A stretch of DNA of 64,000 nt from Pecten maximus (Eukaryota): contig NC_047027.1 of the NCBI RefSeq assembly GCF_902652985.1, positions 17,112,001 to 17,176,000 on the forward strand. The letters are read 5' to 3'. This document shows, one piece after another, positions 1-13,370 of the stretch. The position numbers and the translations under genes are program-made. Numbering within the stretch: position 1 is the first letter of the stretch; each line of letters begins with the position of its first letter. Below the pieces are notes generated by a model. The model did not search any database and had not been told where the DNA came from. It was given only the letters and a program-made list of their open reading frames with translations.

Positions 1-1018
1 CTATTGCGTTCAAAAGTAGGTAAAATTATGGAAAGTACATGGACAATTTTCAACTGGGAATGGGGCAGACATCACTACATATACATATGTAACAGTCAGG
101 GTCACATTTGAAAACTTAAAAATAACGACCCCTAGTTTGACAAATGTTTCCCAAAGAGTGACAGAATAGACCTGTTGTAGCTGTAGTAGATATTTGTGTG
201 TAGGTGTCACGCTCTGATTGATAGACAAGGTACTTTTGTTTACAATTGTAGCTGTCTCTGGTGGTAGGCATGATGTAGTGTATGGTACGTATAGCACAAT
301 CTGTTTATAAAACATTCTCCCTGAACCCCAAATAACTTTATCCAGTATCAAATTCATAACATCATATTCCCATGCTGCAGTTTATATACTCGAAGTTATC
401 TGAATTTTGTTAGCACTAGAATTTATATACATGTACAGTATACATATTTATTAGTTTTAAATTGTTGAAAAATATCTTCAAAGAGACCAGTCCCTTGTGA
501 GCTAACATATTACATAATTAAACTAAATTTCTTAACTGAAATTCTCCAAAGTAAAGAGCATTATAGATTTTCTGAGAATTTGTTAGATTTTTTTCCTTCA
601 TATAATCATTTCCTAGGTAGAGGCTGCAAGGTGACTTTCAAATATTTCCTGATTTTAATATCTTTGTTTAATTATGAGCAATTGGTCAGAGGAGGAAGGG
701 GCTAAGATTTTTATTCATAATTATTTGAAACATAAATAGTTAACCGTATTAAGAATCATATTATCATAAGTTATACAATAAAGGTCGCTGGTTAATGTTT
801 TTGTACCGTAATGTTTTGCAATATTTAGGTCAAGCTACGAAAGTTAAGCAGGATATTCAAATTACCTTTAATATAATAGAGACCATTTACAGTATTTATT
901 CATTTCAGGCTGTTTCATTGGATTTACAAAGAATATACATGAATTTTCTTGATAATTTGGTAGAAATTTGTTCAGTTCATGCTGTATTAAAGTCTGAACC
1001 ATGTAAGGGCAATAAGAT

Positions 1019-1225
1019 TTGCTTGTTTGTTTCCTGGGTTTATCACCCCGTGAATAGTCCGGGTCATTTTATGGCAGTCGCCTTGTAGCAGTTGGTGACT
1101 ACCTCACTGAACGATATACAATTCTCTACTTCCCAGCACAACAAATACGCTTAGGGAACCACACACCTCAGATCTTCACCTGAGGTTGCGTGGCTGGCAC
1201 TTTAACCGACTAAGCTTTTGCGGCA
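1019..1225 (-). mobile_element. Degenerate tRNA-derived SINE
   Basis: A-box-like AGCTTAGTCGGTTAAAG, (AAAC)n tail; body TCAGTGAGGTAGTCACCAACT.CTACAAGG shared with 51975-52073. Confidence 0.65.
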
Positions 1226-2402
1226 CACTTGCGATAAGAAGCCAAGTCTGAAAAACTTGTAATGGAAATGTTGCAACAAATCTACTAGGCAACATCCAAT
1301 GAATTTTGAAGGATGTTTACAAATAAAATCCTTGATCATTTTCAAAACACAATATCATGATCAGGAGTTCCATTTCTAAAAGACAGGGTGGGTTATAACC
1401 TTGTTCTTAAAATGAAGATATATCTGATAAGAAAAGCTCTTTATCTCTAAATTCACTGTGATTTTGTTCCATAGTTAGGGACATTCACCTAATTTCCCTG
1501 TATAGACTCAATATAGCATGACAAATAAACCTATCGACCAAGTTGTGTATCTAAATCGGCTAATTAGGGCAATATGTCACAATCCATTCACTTAGTCAAC
1601 TAGATTGACATTCCACATATATACTCGTGTCAGTGTGTATCTATTATACATAGCAATGAAAGCTTGTCGTGTAGCGATTCTTTCTGCAGAAAACAAAAAT
1701 ATGATGATATATGAATAACTTTGTCAAAAGACGACAATCTTATTATCATTTTATCAGTAAATAACTCTGAGATTATACAAAGAACTTGCATTTTCTAATC
1801 ATAGCTTTAAACAGTCACTAGAACTAAGAAGTGGGCCCAGCCTCCAGTATAAACTTGTAGTACTCTACTTATATTATTGAACCGTTATGTTTGAATATGG
1901 GTATTGACGTCAAATTATTATGTAATTAAAACTGGACAATAAGCATTTAAAATTAATACACTTTTCACCGGGAATTAAATTTTGTGGTATCATCTTTTTG
2001 AAAATATCTTTTTTTTAATAATTTGAGAATATATTTATAAATCTAAATCGATAAAATAAATTCATGTGTGACTGTGGGTAAAAATAAGCTTTAAAGTGAT
2101 ATCTAGTTGCTGTGGTTCGACAAAAATAAATCAGTGTCCCACATGCACATCATAAATTTTTGTTTTGTCTACATATGTGAATTACATATAGCCAAAGTGA
2201 GTTTGCTCACCCTATAGTTAGATTCGGGGGCCTAGCTAGTCACAATAAATACTGATTACAATACAGCTGTAAATGTACCACAATTAAAATGCATAAAAGC
2301 AGGAAAATAATATGGATATATTGACGATCGAAAAATATAAGGAAGGTAAACAAAACAAAACAAAATTTGTATGGAGACACTTGAAAAGGTCCTTGGATAT
2401 CA

Positions 2403-2586
2403 ATGCTTAGACTGGCCACCTGTCTATAGAATATTTGAATTATTAATCAAATTGAGGACGTTAAATGATTTTGGTCTCAAGGATATGTCTGATCCTTAGT
2501 TTCAAACTAGGGGGAGATAATCTAGTATTAGATTTTAGAGGAGTAATTCTAACAAAAACTTTGGGTCTTTTGGCCAGTCTAATCAA
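2403..2586. mobile_element. MITE; second more degenerate copy at about 28795-28988
   Basis: TIR TGCTTAGACTGGCCA / TGGCCAGTCTAATCA; internal CCTTAGTTTCAAACT and CAAAAACTT segments are shared with the intron 8 copy. Confidence 0.65.
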
Positions 2587-3834
2587 TACTATGTAAATTG
2601 AGGTTTAGTTTTAAATTTGTCACAGACATAAAACTTCAGTATCAGTAATTGTGTAATCAGTAATTGTATAATCACATATCTCATCATATCAATAAAACAC
2701 TTGATTGACACTGACATGTATAAAAAGTGATGTATAAGTGTACAAGGTGAGTAGGTCCTACCTGTAGATTGAATTACAGGTGATTATTACCTGTCCATCT
2801 CTGACAGTGATGGAACAGGTATGTACAGGTAATATGTGGGAGGCAGAATGTGGGAGGAGGTCAGCTTGGGTCACAATATACAATATATAGGTATTGGACA
2901 GTGTATACCTTCTGTTACCATCTGACACAGAACACAAGCATTCATCAATGACTCAGGATATATCAAACAACAAACATGTCTATTGAAATTCTGTCAAAAT
3001 ACTTAATAGTTACCTCATTGCTTACCCCTAAAATCAATTCATTGCGAGTCCTGACCCCCTTGGTCACCAATATGGGATATATATATATGGTACAGCTCAG
3101 GAGAGTGAAATCAGAATCTACCTCATAACTACAAATTGTTGTTGTATTATAATGGTGACAATGGTACCAGCCCCAGTGAGATTATATAATCCAAACATAC
3201 AACAAAGATGAGGAAAATGGGGTGAAGGGTTACTATAAACATCAATTTTTGTAGAGTTTTATCATACATTAGTCCACCATTTGAGTCCTATTTCAAACAA
3301 AGACTGCATCTTCAAATTATGTGGGCAAATTCCCTAGAAAAGTGAAAAAAGTAAGATCACAAAATAGCAGAGATGAAGTGTGTGTGTGTGAGTGTGTGAG
3401 TGTGTGTGTGGGGGGGAGGGGATGTTGCAACATTAAGGATTGCACTTCAGGAACGAGACTCATCCTACAAGATGTGCGTTGTAACCACGGAAACACAATC
3501 AACAGGTGGAAAAGTCCTGACTCACTGGGTGGAGTTTGTGTTGTAGGAGTGGCCATGGCCACGCAACAAAATCAATGTCATTGGTTTGTATGCTGAGGGT
3601 TTATCATCCAATGTCCTGTGTTTAGTACACAATACACTGGTAGGTTTAACTGTTTACCAAACGTAATTGATTGTACAATATAACTGACGGTAACAAAAAA
3701 GGAACGGAAATATAACTAATATACACAGGAAGTTTGAATAATACTCTATGATATTTCAATACAGCCAGCCTTGAGCTCTTTTATAGCAAAAAAAAAAAAG
3801 CAAGCAGCCTATGAATTGAGTTTTCTCCCACTTC

Positions 3835-4095
3835 TAGGACTCTCAACTCAATCGTTGGTATTCTAAATCCTGACTTTTATGTTTCTCCGAGTTCTGGGAC
3901 TCTTAATCCCAACTTTGGTGACTCTCAATCTCGATTTTTGTGACTCTCAATATATACATGTGATTCTGAAATCTCTATCCCGACATTTGTTAATATCAAT
4001 TTCAACTTCTGTGACACTAAAGTTCTGGGACCTCTCGGTCTTAACTTGAGGGAGCTTCTATCCGGACTTTTGGGACTTTAATTATATAACTCTCA
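3835..4095. repeat. Degenerate ~22-bp tandem repeat (GACTCTCAATCCCGACTTTT-like)
   Basis: Recurrent GACTCTCAA / GGGACT motifs. Confidence 0.55.
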
Positions 4096-4716
4096 ATTTT
4101 TTTTTCTTTAGTAATTGTTCCCAAGACCTCACCTGACTAGTTATAGCTATGAAAAGTGTGTACATATTGTATTTGTCTTTCTACCATAATACCAAAACAG
4201 TTCAAAAGAAAAAAACTTGAGATGTTGTTCTAGTACTCCATGTCAGAATATGTTTTTTTCTTAACATTCTTTAGCTTGGTAGTAAATTATTTCTAGAGTT
4301 GTATGACAGGATGTCACAAGTATAAGTGGCCTATATATATATATCGGTCATAAAAATTATCTTGTGAGAGCTAGAGCCGGATTCACACAATCAGAACGTA
4401 ACTATGACTGTCAATATACCAGGTCACATTGAATCAAGATTTTATAAAGTAATTTGTCCAGTACATAAATTAAAATATGACATGTTATATCAAACATGAC
4501 AATTTGACAATCAGCATGTGTATCACATTACAATTAGATTCAAGCTGGTATCGGGCAGAATGAAGTATCTTGTGTATTGATGTTACAGTATATGATAACT
4601 GACTGTGTCTCCACTAAATTAACTACCAATGTTGATATAGCTGATATACATTATCATGTTGAACTGATATGGATATTTATATGTGTACATTATTAAACAT
4701 CGGTTTGTAACATGAT

Positions 4717-4800
4717 CAATCCACATAAATATTGACTATTCTTACAATCCACATAAATATTGACTATTCTTACAATCCACATAAATATTGACTATTCTTA
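4717..4800. repeat. 28-bp tandem repeat x3
   Basis: CAATCCACATAAATATTGACTATTCTTA. Confidence 0.9.
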
Positions 4801-4801
4801 C

Positions 4802-4982
4802 CAACGTATTTACACTTATATGGTAGAATGTAAATAATATCGCTGAAAAACTTAACTAAAATCAATGAGGTTTTAAGTTTAATATTCAACCTCGAGTTTA
4901 CGTGTAAACTGTTCATCATGATCTTCATCTCCAGTGACATTTCACCAAACAAGTTACTTGTTTGAAATACTGTCTTCACCAA
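4802..4982 (-). other. Possible alternative first exon of the - strand gene
   Basis: Open frame ending at a phase-1 donor TTG|GTAAGA; TATA-like and TCAGT Inr-like motifs upstream (about 5000-5040); peptide not recognisable. Confidence 0.25.
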
Positions 4983-6190
4983 TTTGGTCTTCTTTCATTA
5001 CTGATTTTTTCCCTCTACTTTATACACTGTCTATATATACAGTGTTGTATATATATATTTTATCTGTACAGTACATTGGCAGGTGAAGATAAGCTGTCTA
5101 CCTGTTGGGATTACCTGTAAGTTTGAATACCTGTGATTTGTCCCCGGGGGTATACACAGTAGCTGATAAATGATGATAAACTAGAAACCCAAACATTTCC
5201 ATGTCACCTACCCTATAACTACACACCGTACATCCTGCTGTGTCAGAACTTACCGGTAATTTGTTTAAAAACAGTAATGCAATTGACCTGCAGTAAAAAA
5301 ACTTGAACTTTTAAATTCAAAATGTGTTCTTGATACAGTTATACTAATTTTGTTTATCTTGTTTATATCATGTCCGTGCATAATGAACTCAATGAAATGC
5401 AAGTTGTTTTCCTTCCTGTTTTTAAATTAAGTATGATATCAATGATTGAAACAACTGTATATACAATTTTTAAAACAAGACCCTGACTAATTATTAATTG
5501 ATTCTCATACAGGTTTTAAAAGACAACATTACTTCTCATAAGTTGTCAAATAGAATTGTTCAAAAGTGTTGACTTAATTTCAATGCAATTAACAATGAAA
5601 GACTTAATTTCTTGGCCTACTATAAGATGCATTTTTTTCTGGCAGGTCAGTGTATATGTATACGTATCTATCCATATTTCTTATATTCAATTAAAGCTAA
5701 CAATGCTTTCTAGATTTACGTTTGACCTACTTTGGATTTGTCTTCACTAGGACTATATAGTAGATCATACCTTATATAGATATGTAGCTTGCCAGATGTT
5801 GGACAGCCGAACTAATGGTCTACTATAGCTACAGGGGGAGAGGGATGGACGTCACAGGTTGGTCTCATAACTGTGATGTAATCAGTCCGTCTGACACACA
5901 TAAAGGCCTCTAGATATAGCTAGGTTTATCATTTCATCACTAAATGTTCAATATTAGTTTTATAATTGAAAGTGACATTTAACTTTAGTTTCAAATTGAA
6001 CTGACATGTATTCTGGTAGAATAACTTCATTCAGCAAACACAGGATCATAATAATTCTTGGTCATTTATCTCCTTATAAGTATTTCGTATGCTGTTACAA
6101 TTTCTGACATCTTTAAGCTTAAATTACTAATAAATAAAATATTATAATACGCGAATAATTGCAATAAATGATTTCTCCAATCATCAAGTA

Positions 6191-6286
6191 CAGACTCGGG
6201 TCAGGATCATAATGTGTAATATATACTCATAACATCAATATGTTATGTTATGATTATATAACATTATGTATCCTGACCCAAGTCTG
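6191..6286. mobile_element. Small foldback MITE with TA flanks
   Basis: CAGACTCGGGTCAGGAT-CATAATGT ... ACATTATGTATCCTGACCCAAGTCTG. Confidence 0.7.
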
Positions 6287-9200
6287 TACTTCATGTTCAT
6301 TATAAACTCTCTTAGTGAACTCATCATGTCATTTTAAAGTGTATGATGTCATAAGTACAATCAATCTTGCACATAAAATGTATTTCCTGGTATCAGTATA
6401 CAGATAAGTTATACAACATATTTTTCTACGATTTACTTCAGTACTTCCAAGTAAATACACATTTCAATGTAAAGATACTTAGTCTAACCTAAATAGAGGT
6501 GGATATGAATCATGCCTTAGTTATGCAGTTTATATATGTCTAATACTATCAACATTTGCATATATTTAAGATGTTTTGTATAGAAAATCTTAGGAAAACA
6601 ACTTGACATGTAATAGTCATGTTGTCAAATTTTATTTTTTAAATTATTTCTTTTCAAATTTTACAAATTACACATCCAACAAAAGAGTAGTTTTGATTGA
6701 TTGAAAGTAAGTAATTATAAAATGCTGTTGTATATTTTTACATAAAACCTTAAGTTACAGTATTAGGGAACTTATTATCTAATAAACGAAATAAATTCAC
6801 TGCTTTAAACTTTTCCACAGATTTTTCCTCAGATTGTATCTACATGTAATTTTAACTTAAAATGGATAATGAATAAAACAATGTCAAGGAAGTAACTATA
6901 GCCTCGTTGTTCATTAAATGCATCATTTCTATGCTACACAGTTATCAATATCATTTACATCTTGTGAATCATTTTTCCTGTTGTTGCTGCAATATTTCAT
7001 ACAAAACAGGAAACATTTATGGATTATATGCAAAATGTATGTAAGTGTTCAAATATGATCCCTGCGGATGAAGTCACATAAAGAAAAGAAACACTTAACA
7101 ACACAAGACTGTCTTAAGCTCTTTTGTCAGATAGCATGTTGGCTTTGTTTTAAAACAGGATATGTACAAAATATGTACAAAATAAATATATTCTCTCGAA
7201 CATCTTTATTATCATGCACATTAGTTTTTTTTCCTTGAAAAAAGGCTGTGCTATCTTGTTATGTGATAACAATATTTATATTTTGTTCGAAGTATAACTG
7301 AGTCATGTGACAATTATGACTAACTTTTACACTTTACAAGCCACTTGGACCCTGGCAGTAACATGTAGTGTGTATCATTTAAAGGGTTTAAGAGTTTAAT
7401 CACCTCACATTTATGACCCCTCCATGTCCCAGACATAAAACTAAATTGATATAGTTGGGGCAAGTGGTGGGTAGAATATGGACATTTTATCTCATCCCTT
7501 CATTATAAAGGGTTCTACAAATCTGGTGCCAGCGGTGGGATGATTTCACACATACCAGTGGTTAATTTTATCTCTGCTTGGACATATATAATGACCATTT
7601 GGAACAACTCTATCAAATACATAACAAAGAATTCTAGGGAACAGGGTGAAGGGTGTATATCTGTCAACATGCTTTGGTTTATAACTGATTGCTATATGTG
7701 GCATGCTGTCGTTTTAATCAACTTGACAATGGAACTTTCAAACATTAATTTAAGGAAGGGGACATTGGTTGCTTTTTGAACAATGATGCACCCTGCGTAT
7801 AGTGTTTGAAAGCTCCAACTGATGTCCATGAAGAAATCCATATCAATATTATTGCTTTATTTTTCTTATATATTTTACAAACAAAATAATGTGTTCAATG
7901 TTTTAACAAGTTATCTAAGCTCATAATGTTTTAACATGATCAATTTATTACAAAGAATGCTGGAATAAACTAAAAAAATGCTGGAATAAACTATCAACAC
8001 AATCAGTGTCTAACTATAGTTTTATTGAATATCATGATGTCAAACACAATGAATCGAAAGATGTTTTTAGTGGAGCAGCATAACAACTCAAGGTCAATGT
8101 ATAATTACAGGTAGGTTCCAACAGCACCCCGACCTGATAGTCGATATGTGTTCAAAGCTTTTTTGTGTTCAAAATTTCAAAACATACTTCTCTTTATGCC
8201 AGATCTAATACACTTTTGGTCTGTGGACCCTGCATACAAAACTCTCCACCTAAGCTTAGTTTGAAAACAGTAAATCTGTCAAGTATTCCTTCTTGAAGGT
8301 TGAAGTTTTACAAAGTTTTATCTAGATTGACAAACATACTCCAACTGTCACTTCATTCCAAATCCCTGTGTGATATCTGGGGCATAGAATTTGCTGCTTC
8401 ACAACTGCTACTGATTCAAAAGATTTGCCAGTCGTCTCTCAACATTATTTAATCACCAAGACATGAACAGCATTATTAACATAACATTTTCTTTCTTTTC
8501 TTTTCATACCTTTCATACACTTTTATACACACTGTTCTATGATTTTTTTTGTGAGTTAAATGCTTAGTGACAACATTATGTTATGAACATATAATTTTTT
8601 TTCTTTTCAACAGACTCAAATCATACTTTATATACTAACTTCTTGTTGTTGTTTAATGTATTTGTATTAAATAAAGTCCACTGTTTATCGAGACCAATAT
8701 ATAATAGTTAGAATATTTACTGACGAATATCTTACACCTAAGTTATTGACAACATTCCCAGGTAAGGGTCTTACTCCGGAGATAAATCCTCCTAAGAACC
8801 AGTACTATCGTTTATCTTCACAGCTAAGACAGATTACAAACCTAAGTATGAGATAGCTATGGGTATACTATTTAAATACACATTGATAACTTTTCTTCTA
8901 GACAGTTTGACTTCTTGAGTGACAAGACGAAATTTGTAAAATTTAACATGTTTTTGTCTCTAATTATATGACCATGAAATTGTCAAAACCGCAATCAGGA
9001 ATAATTCAAATCTTGTGACAGACAGTCACATGCTTTATATCAACACAGAAATAATGTGTCCTTTGTGGCTAAAAGGAAATTCTGTAATGCTAGAGTCATT
9101 TGTTCAACTAAACTTGGCTATATATATATGTCATAAATTGTGTATTTTTATTACAAGTTTAAAATGTTTAGACAAGCCTCTGGTACTTAACACTGGGGGA

Positions 9201-9707
9201 ACTGCTTTGTTGTAGTTTTTTTCTGACGATATATACCTAAGTGTATTATAAAATATAACTTGTAAATCGGTCTCTCCATAAGGATGTGTATTCAGGAAAG
9301 CTTCAAATGGTAATATGAATTGCTTTATACAGAGACAGCTTCAGACATCCATATAACTTCGTGCATTATCTCATACAGTTGAGCAGTTCCATTCAGCCCG
9401 GCTTGGTACGCTAAGGTGTGTATCACTCACAGTCAAACAGGTGCCCGTTCCTTAGGAAGCGCTAGTGATATATTTTTACGGGTCGTATCAAGTTCTCGCT
9501 ATTTAGATAAAGTTCTTTTACAAACATACAGTATAAGGTGACATTAACACGTTCTGGTTTAATCTCTAGAAAGAATAACAGTTAGTGAAGTGAAGGTTTA
9601 GCCAAGCGAGACACTCCCAAACAGACGCTATTTTTATCTCGAGTAGACGACACAGCCGGTTGTTCCCGAGACACGAGTGTTTTATATATATATTCAGCGT
9701 TACCTAC

Positions 9708-9789
9708 CTTTGACAAACACCAAAACTGCGACAGTCGTGTAAAGAAAATACTGCAATAAATCCATGATTCTGGTTTGTTTAAGATCCAT
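9708..9789 (-). CDS. Probable first coding exon of an unidentified secreted/membrane protein gene (MDLKQTRIMDLLQYFLYTTVAVLVFVK-G), continuing off the left edge
   Basis: Signal-peptide-like hydrophobic stretch ending at a strong phase-1 donor AAG|GTAGGT; promoter-like motifs immediately upstream. Confidence 0.55.
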
Positions 9790-9840
9790 GTCGAAATTCT
9801 TGTTTTAAAGTTCTTTTGCTGCTCAATTCAAATTCAACAC

Positions 9841-9883
9841 ATCCGCCATCGTTTGAGTCACTTCCCAAAATGCCCATAATGCA
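9841..9883 (-). promoter_or_regulatory. Promoter-like motif cluster: YY1-like CCGCCATC, AP-1 TGAGTCA, overlapping ZNF143/Staf-like TTCCCAAAATGC / CCCATAATGCA
   Basis: Motif matches by eye in a CpG-richer patch just upstream of the putative exon. Confidence 0.45.
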
Positions 9884-12800
9884 GTTCGGCCCAGGTAAAA
9901 CTATCCACCTGAGATTGTTTGAGGCGCCTTTGGGGAAATCGTTGTAGACTTTTTATACTAATCATAATATTAAAATATTTGCTTTAAAACCAGATTCTAA
10001 GTTTCAAGACAAAAATAAAGATAAAAAAACGGCTGCCTTGATATAGATTTTTGTCGCGGGATGTTGACAGCAAGCTAGGGAACGATTTTTTAAAAGATTA
10101 CAATGTGTCAATTTGAACTAATAATAACAATACCCCGTTCTGGCCTCCGGAAGGTACAACCCAGGAAGCTATAATGAGTAACACACGACGAAATTGAGTG
10201 ATGACTGTCACTTTACTATTTAAATCGATATACAGTCACTCATGTATTTGATTATAAATTTACTCTGAAATAGATACATTGGGTAATACATTGATGGCAT
10301 GTGTAACTCTCGAGTTTTATTTCAAATATGTCAGTTCTATCTTGACCGTGGATGAAAATCATGAGGGCAAATTTGTGTCAGAATCCTTTGTTGCGACTAT
10401 ATTTTTTTTTTTTTTTTTCATTTATAACTAAATGTCGTTTTTTAGTCAACATATCATTTCATTCAAATGCAGAACAAAATAATAAGCAACAAAATTGCAA
10501 TAGTCGAGTTGCGATATATGTGTTGGCAGTTTGAACTTTTGTAATGATAATGGTGAGGATGCGAATGTGTGCTTAAAGTCTACGTCATTTTATTTTGTTT
10601 GAACATATCAAAGAATTTGTCATTTTTGAATAGATATATACTTGCTTCTGCCTTTCTGTTTCCACAGTAGTTTGTCAATATTAAGTCATAGCAGAGTAGG
10701 AGCGTAAATCATTAAGTTTAGCTTAAACAGAATCCATTACCATCAAGCAATAAGATTGCTATATGGTATGGTATGTGCTACATATATATGTGATGTACAG
10801 TTTTATTTCAGTAAAATGCATAGCCAACAAATTATGTAGGATTTAGAATGAAGCTATTCTATCGATAAAAAATATATATTATACTTTTGGAATTCAAGGT
10901 TTTCATTTTCGGTATTATGCGTACAATGCTTGGATATCCACAGAAGGGGCCTGTTCATTCCGGAATTGAGACGAATGCGGAAATACTGGTCAATTTTACA
11001 TAAGTCTATTTTGCTACGAATTGATTTTGATTTAAACTAATTTTATGGTCCTTATTAAATGACAAATTGATGAAAGACAACTTACGATTTCTTCTCTTTA
11101 AATACATCATATACAATCAGGTTTACATCAAGTGACGCACATTATTCTTGTGATTCACTTTGTTATGATTCACTACTTAAAACATGCTGGCAATATTAAT
11201 TAGATTACGAGAAACTAAAAACCGTATTTCTGCGCTCATAAAATTGCCACATAAGTCGCCTCTTCCTGTCTGACATACTGTATTTCTGACTTTACTTGTC
11301 AACCCTCCATATCTATAGGGGAGGATAACAGTTTTTATCCAACAAGTTATAAAATGCCATTCACTCTCAATTATTTATCATGATATGTCGTTTCAAGGAG
11401 TAAGTTTGTCGTAACGAGGTTTGTACTTTCCCAAGACTTGAACGTTTCACCTCGATCCCCAAGGAAATTCCCCCGAAAAATGGTATCTATATTGATACCG
11501 TTGAGTGCTACTAGTAATTCACTTTCAATCGACCTCCATCGGTTACACATTTTATGTCTTTATTACCGTTTAAAATATCCAAACATACCATGGACAAAAA
11601 CAGTTTTAGAGCGAGAACAAAGCTCCATATCATAAACAGCCTATGTATTTTTTATCCGGCTTTACAAGCATTGAAGAGTTACGGTCCGTTCATACAGGTT
11701 TATATGTTTAGAGGTTCAATTTTAATGTTCAATGTTTATTCAACTTCAGCCTTACGACTTATAAGCGTATTAAAGATTACATAATACAATTTATAATCCC
11801 GGTAATATGTAATACAAATTAACGGAAGATGGACAGCATTAATATAATTACTTTATTGGAAATAAGTATTACAGTTAGGTTACAGATGTTATGACATTTC
11901 TGAGCGGGAAGATCGAATGGATAAGTGAGTGGAGTATACAATAGTGTAGTCAGGGGATGGACGGCTATAATGTTGGTAAACCTAGAAACTGATATGGGTG
12001 AAAGGTAAATAAGCTAAGGCTGATATCTACAACATTCTGTGAAATATAATTTCATGTACTCCCCTACAAAGCTCTTTCCTGTTACGTACAGACAACAGCC
12101 GGACAAGGTTATATGAAGATGGACGGTTCCAGTAATACATTTAAATAAATTCTTTCGATTATCTTTTTCGAACGGACATATCAGAAACTCATCCTCTACC
12201 TAGTTTCGGTCACATTGTGTTTAGAGGTATATGTTTGGCATATATTATTTAATATAAAATTGGTATGTTAACGATAAAGGCATACTATATGATTACAAAT
12301 ATATGTGCATGAAAATAGACATACAGTGTACAGACTAGAATTACGTACACATCTATTGAATAATAATCCTTGATGTAATTTAAATTCTTCCAGCCATCAA
12401 GAAAGAAAGTACTCTACATATGACACACAATCGGGCAGCAATGACATTAATTTCTCAGCATACAATAATAGCCCTTTGATAAGGTCGATAAATGATGAAA
12501 ATATCGATCGAGGAAACAATTTGTCACATAATCGGTCTGTTATCCATAAAATTAATTCGTGATTGGAATTTTTTGTATACGTCACTATTTAGGCGTCTTT
12601 CATTGGCTGTACCGGTCAGAAATCAATTGTGACGTCATAATATGGACAATGACGTGACGTCGTGAATTGTGAATGGCAAAAAATGTCTGTCTCCGTTTAA
12701 TTCTGCCCTCCACATTATGACTATCAAACTTTTTTTGTCAAAACGGAAGGGGTTTTTTTGCGTCATATGAGAAAAAGTACCTTCTATCTGTTTCATTTCA

Positions 12801-13075
12801 GATTTTATGATTTTAAGATAGTGGTCAAATTTTTGCTACCTCAGGTTCGCAAAAATAAACACTTTAAGACTCGTTTAATCCAATCCCATATGAAGCATCA
12901 GCGAATTTGTTCCTCTAATAAGATTTTCCAAAGGAAATCTGTAAAGAACTGTAAAAACGTTCCTAACATGACAAAGCATTACCAAAGACTAAACGTTCCT
13001 TGACTATGATTCTCCACATGAAAGCATTACTGATTTAGATGAAAACTCCAACTAAGATTTCACATAAGAAAACAT

Positions 13076-13370
13076 AAACAGTGTTTCCTCTGGCCCTGGC
13101 ACCATGTCTGGTGTAGGCTAAGGAAAGCATAGTCAGAGTTTCATTTGGCCCCAATACCCATGTCTGGTACATGTAGACGAAGGAAACATAGCCTGGGTTT
13201 CCTGTGGTCCTAATACCATGTCTGGTACAGTACACTGTATATGTAAGCTGTGGAAAACATAATCCCAGATTCCTTTGGCCCTAATAGTATTATACCATGT
13301 CTGATACACGTAGGTTAAGGATAACACTACATAATTACAGAGAAAAAACTCATAAACTAAGATTCCCATA
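13076..13370. repeat. Degenerate tandem copies of TTCCTCTGGCCCT..TACCATGTCTGGT
   Basis: Four copies of ACCATGTCTG(G/A)T at about 50-75-bp spacing. Confidence 0.65.

Noticed and set aside
10-357. 115-aa - strand ORF as exon of the left gene
   Set aside because: No recognisable domain or convincing splice sites; composition looks non-coding.
12397-12760. Possible third palindrome-type element (TGACGTCA-rich)
   Set aside because: I could not define arms, the CCCGTTAGGG centre or ends.
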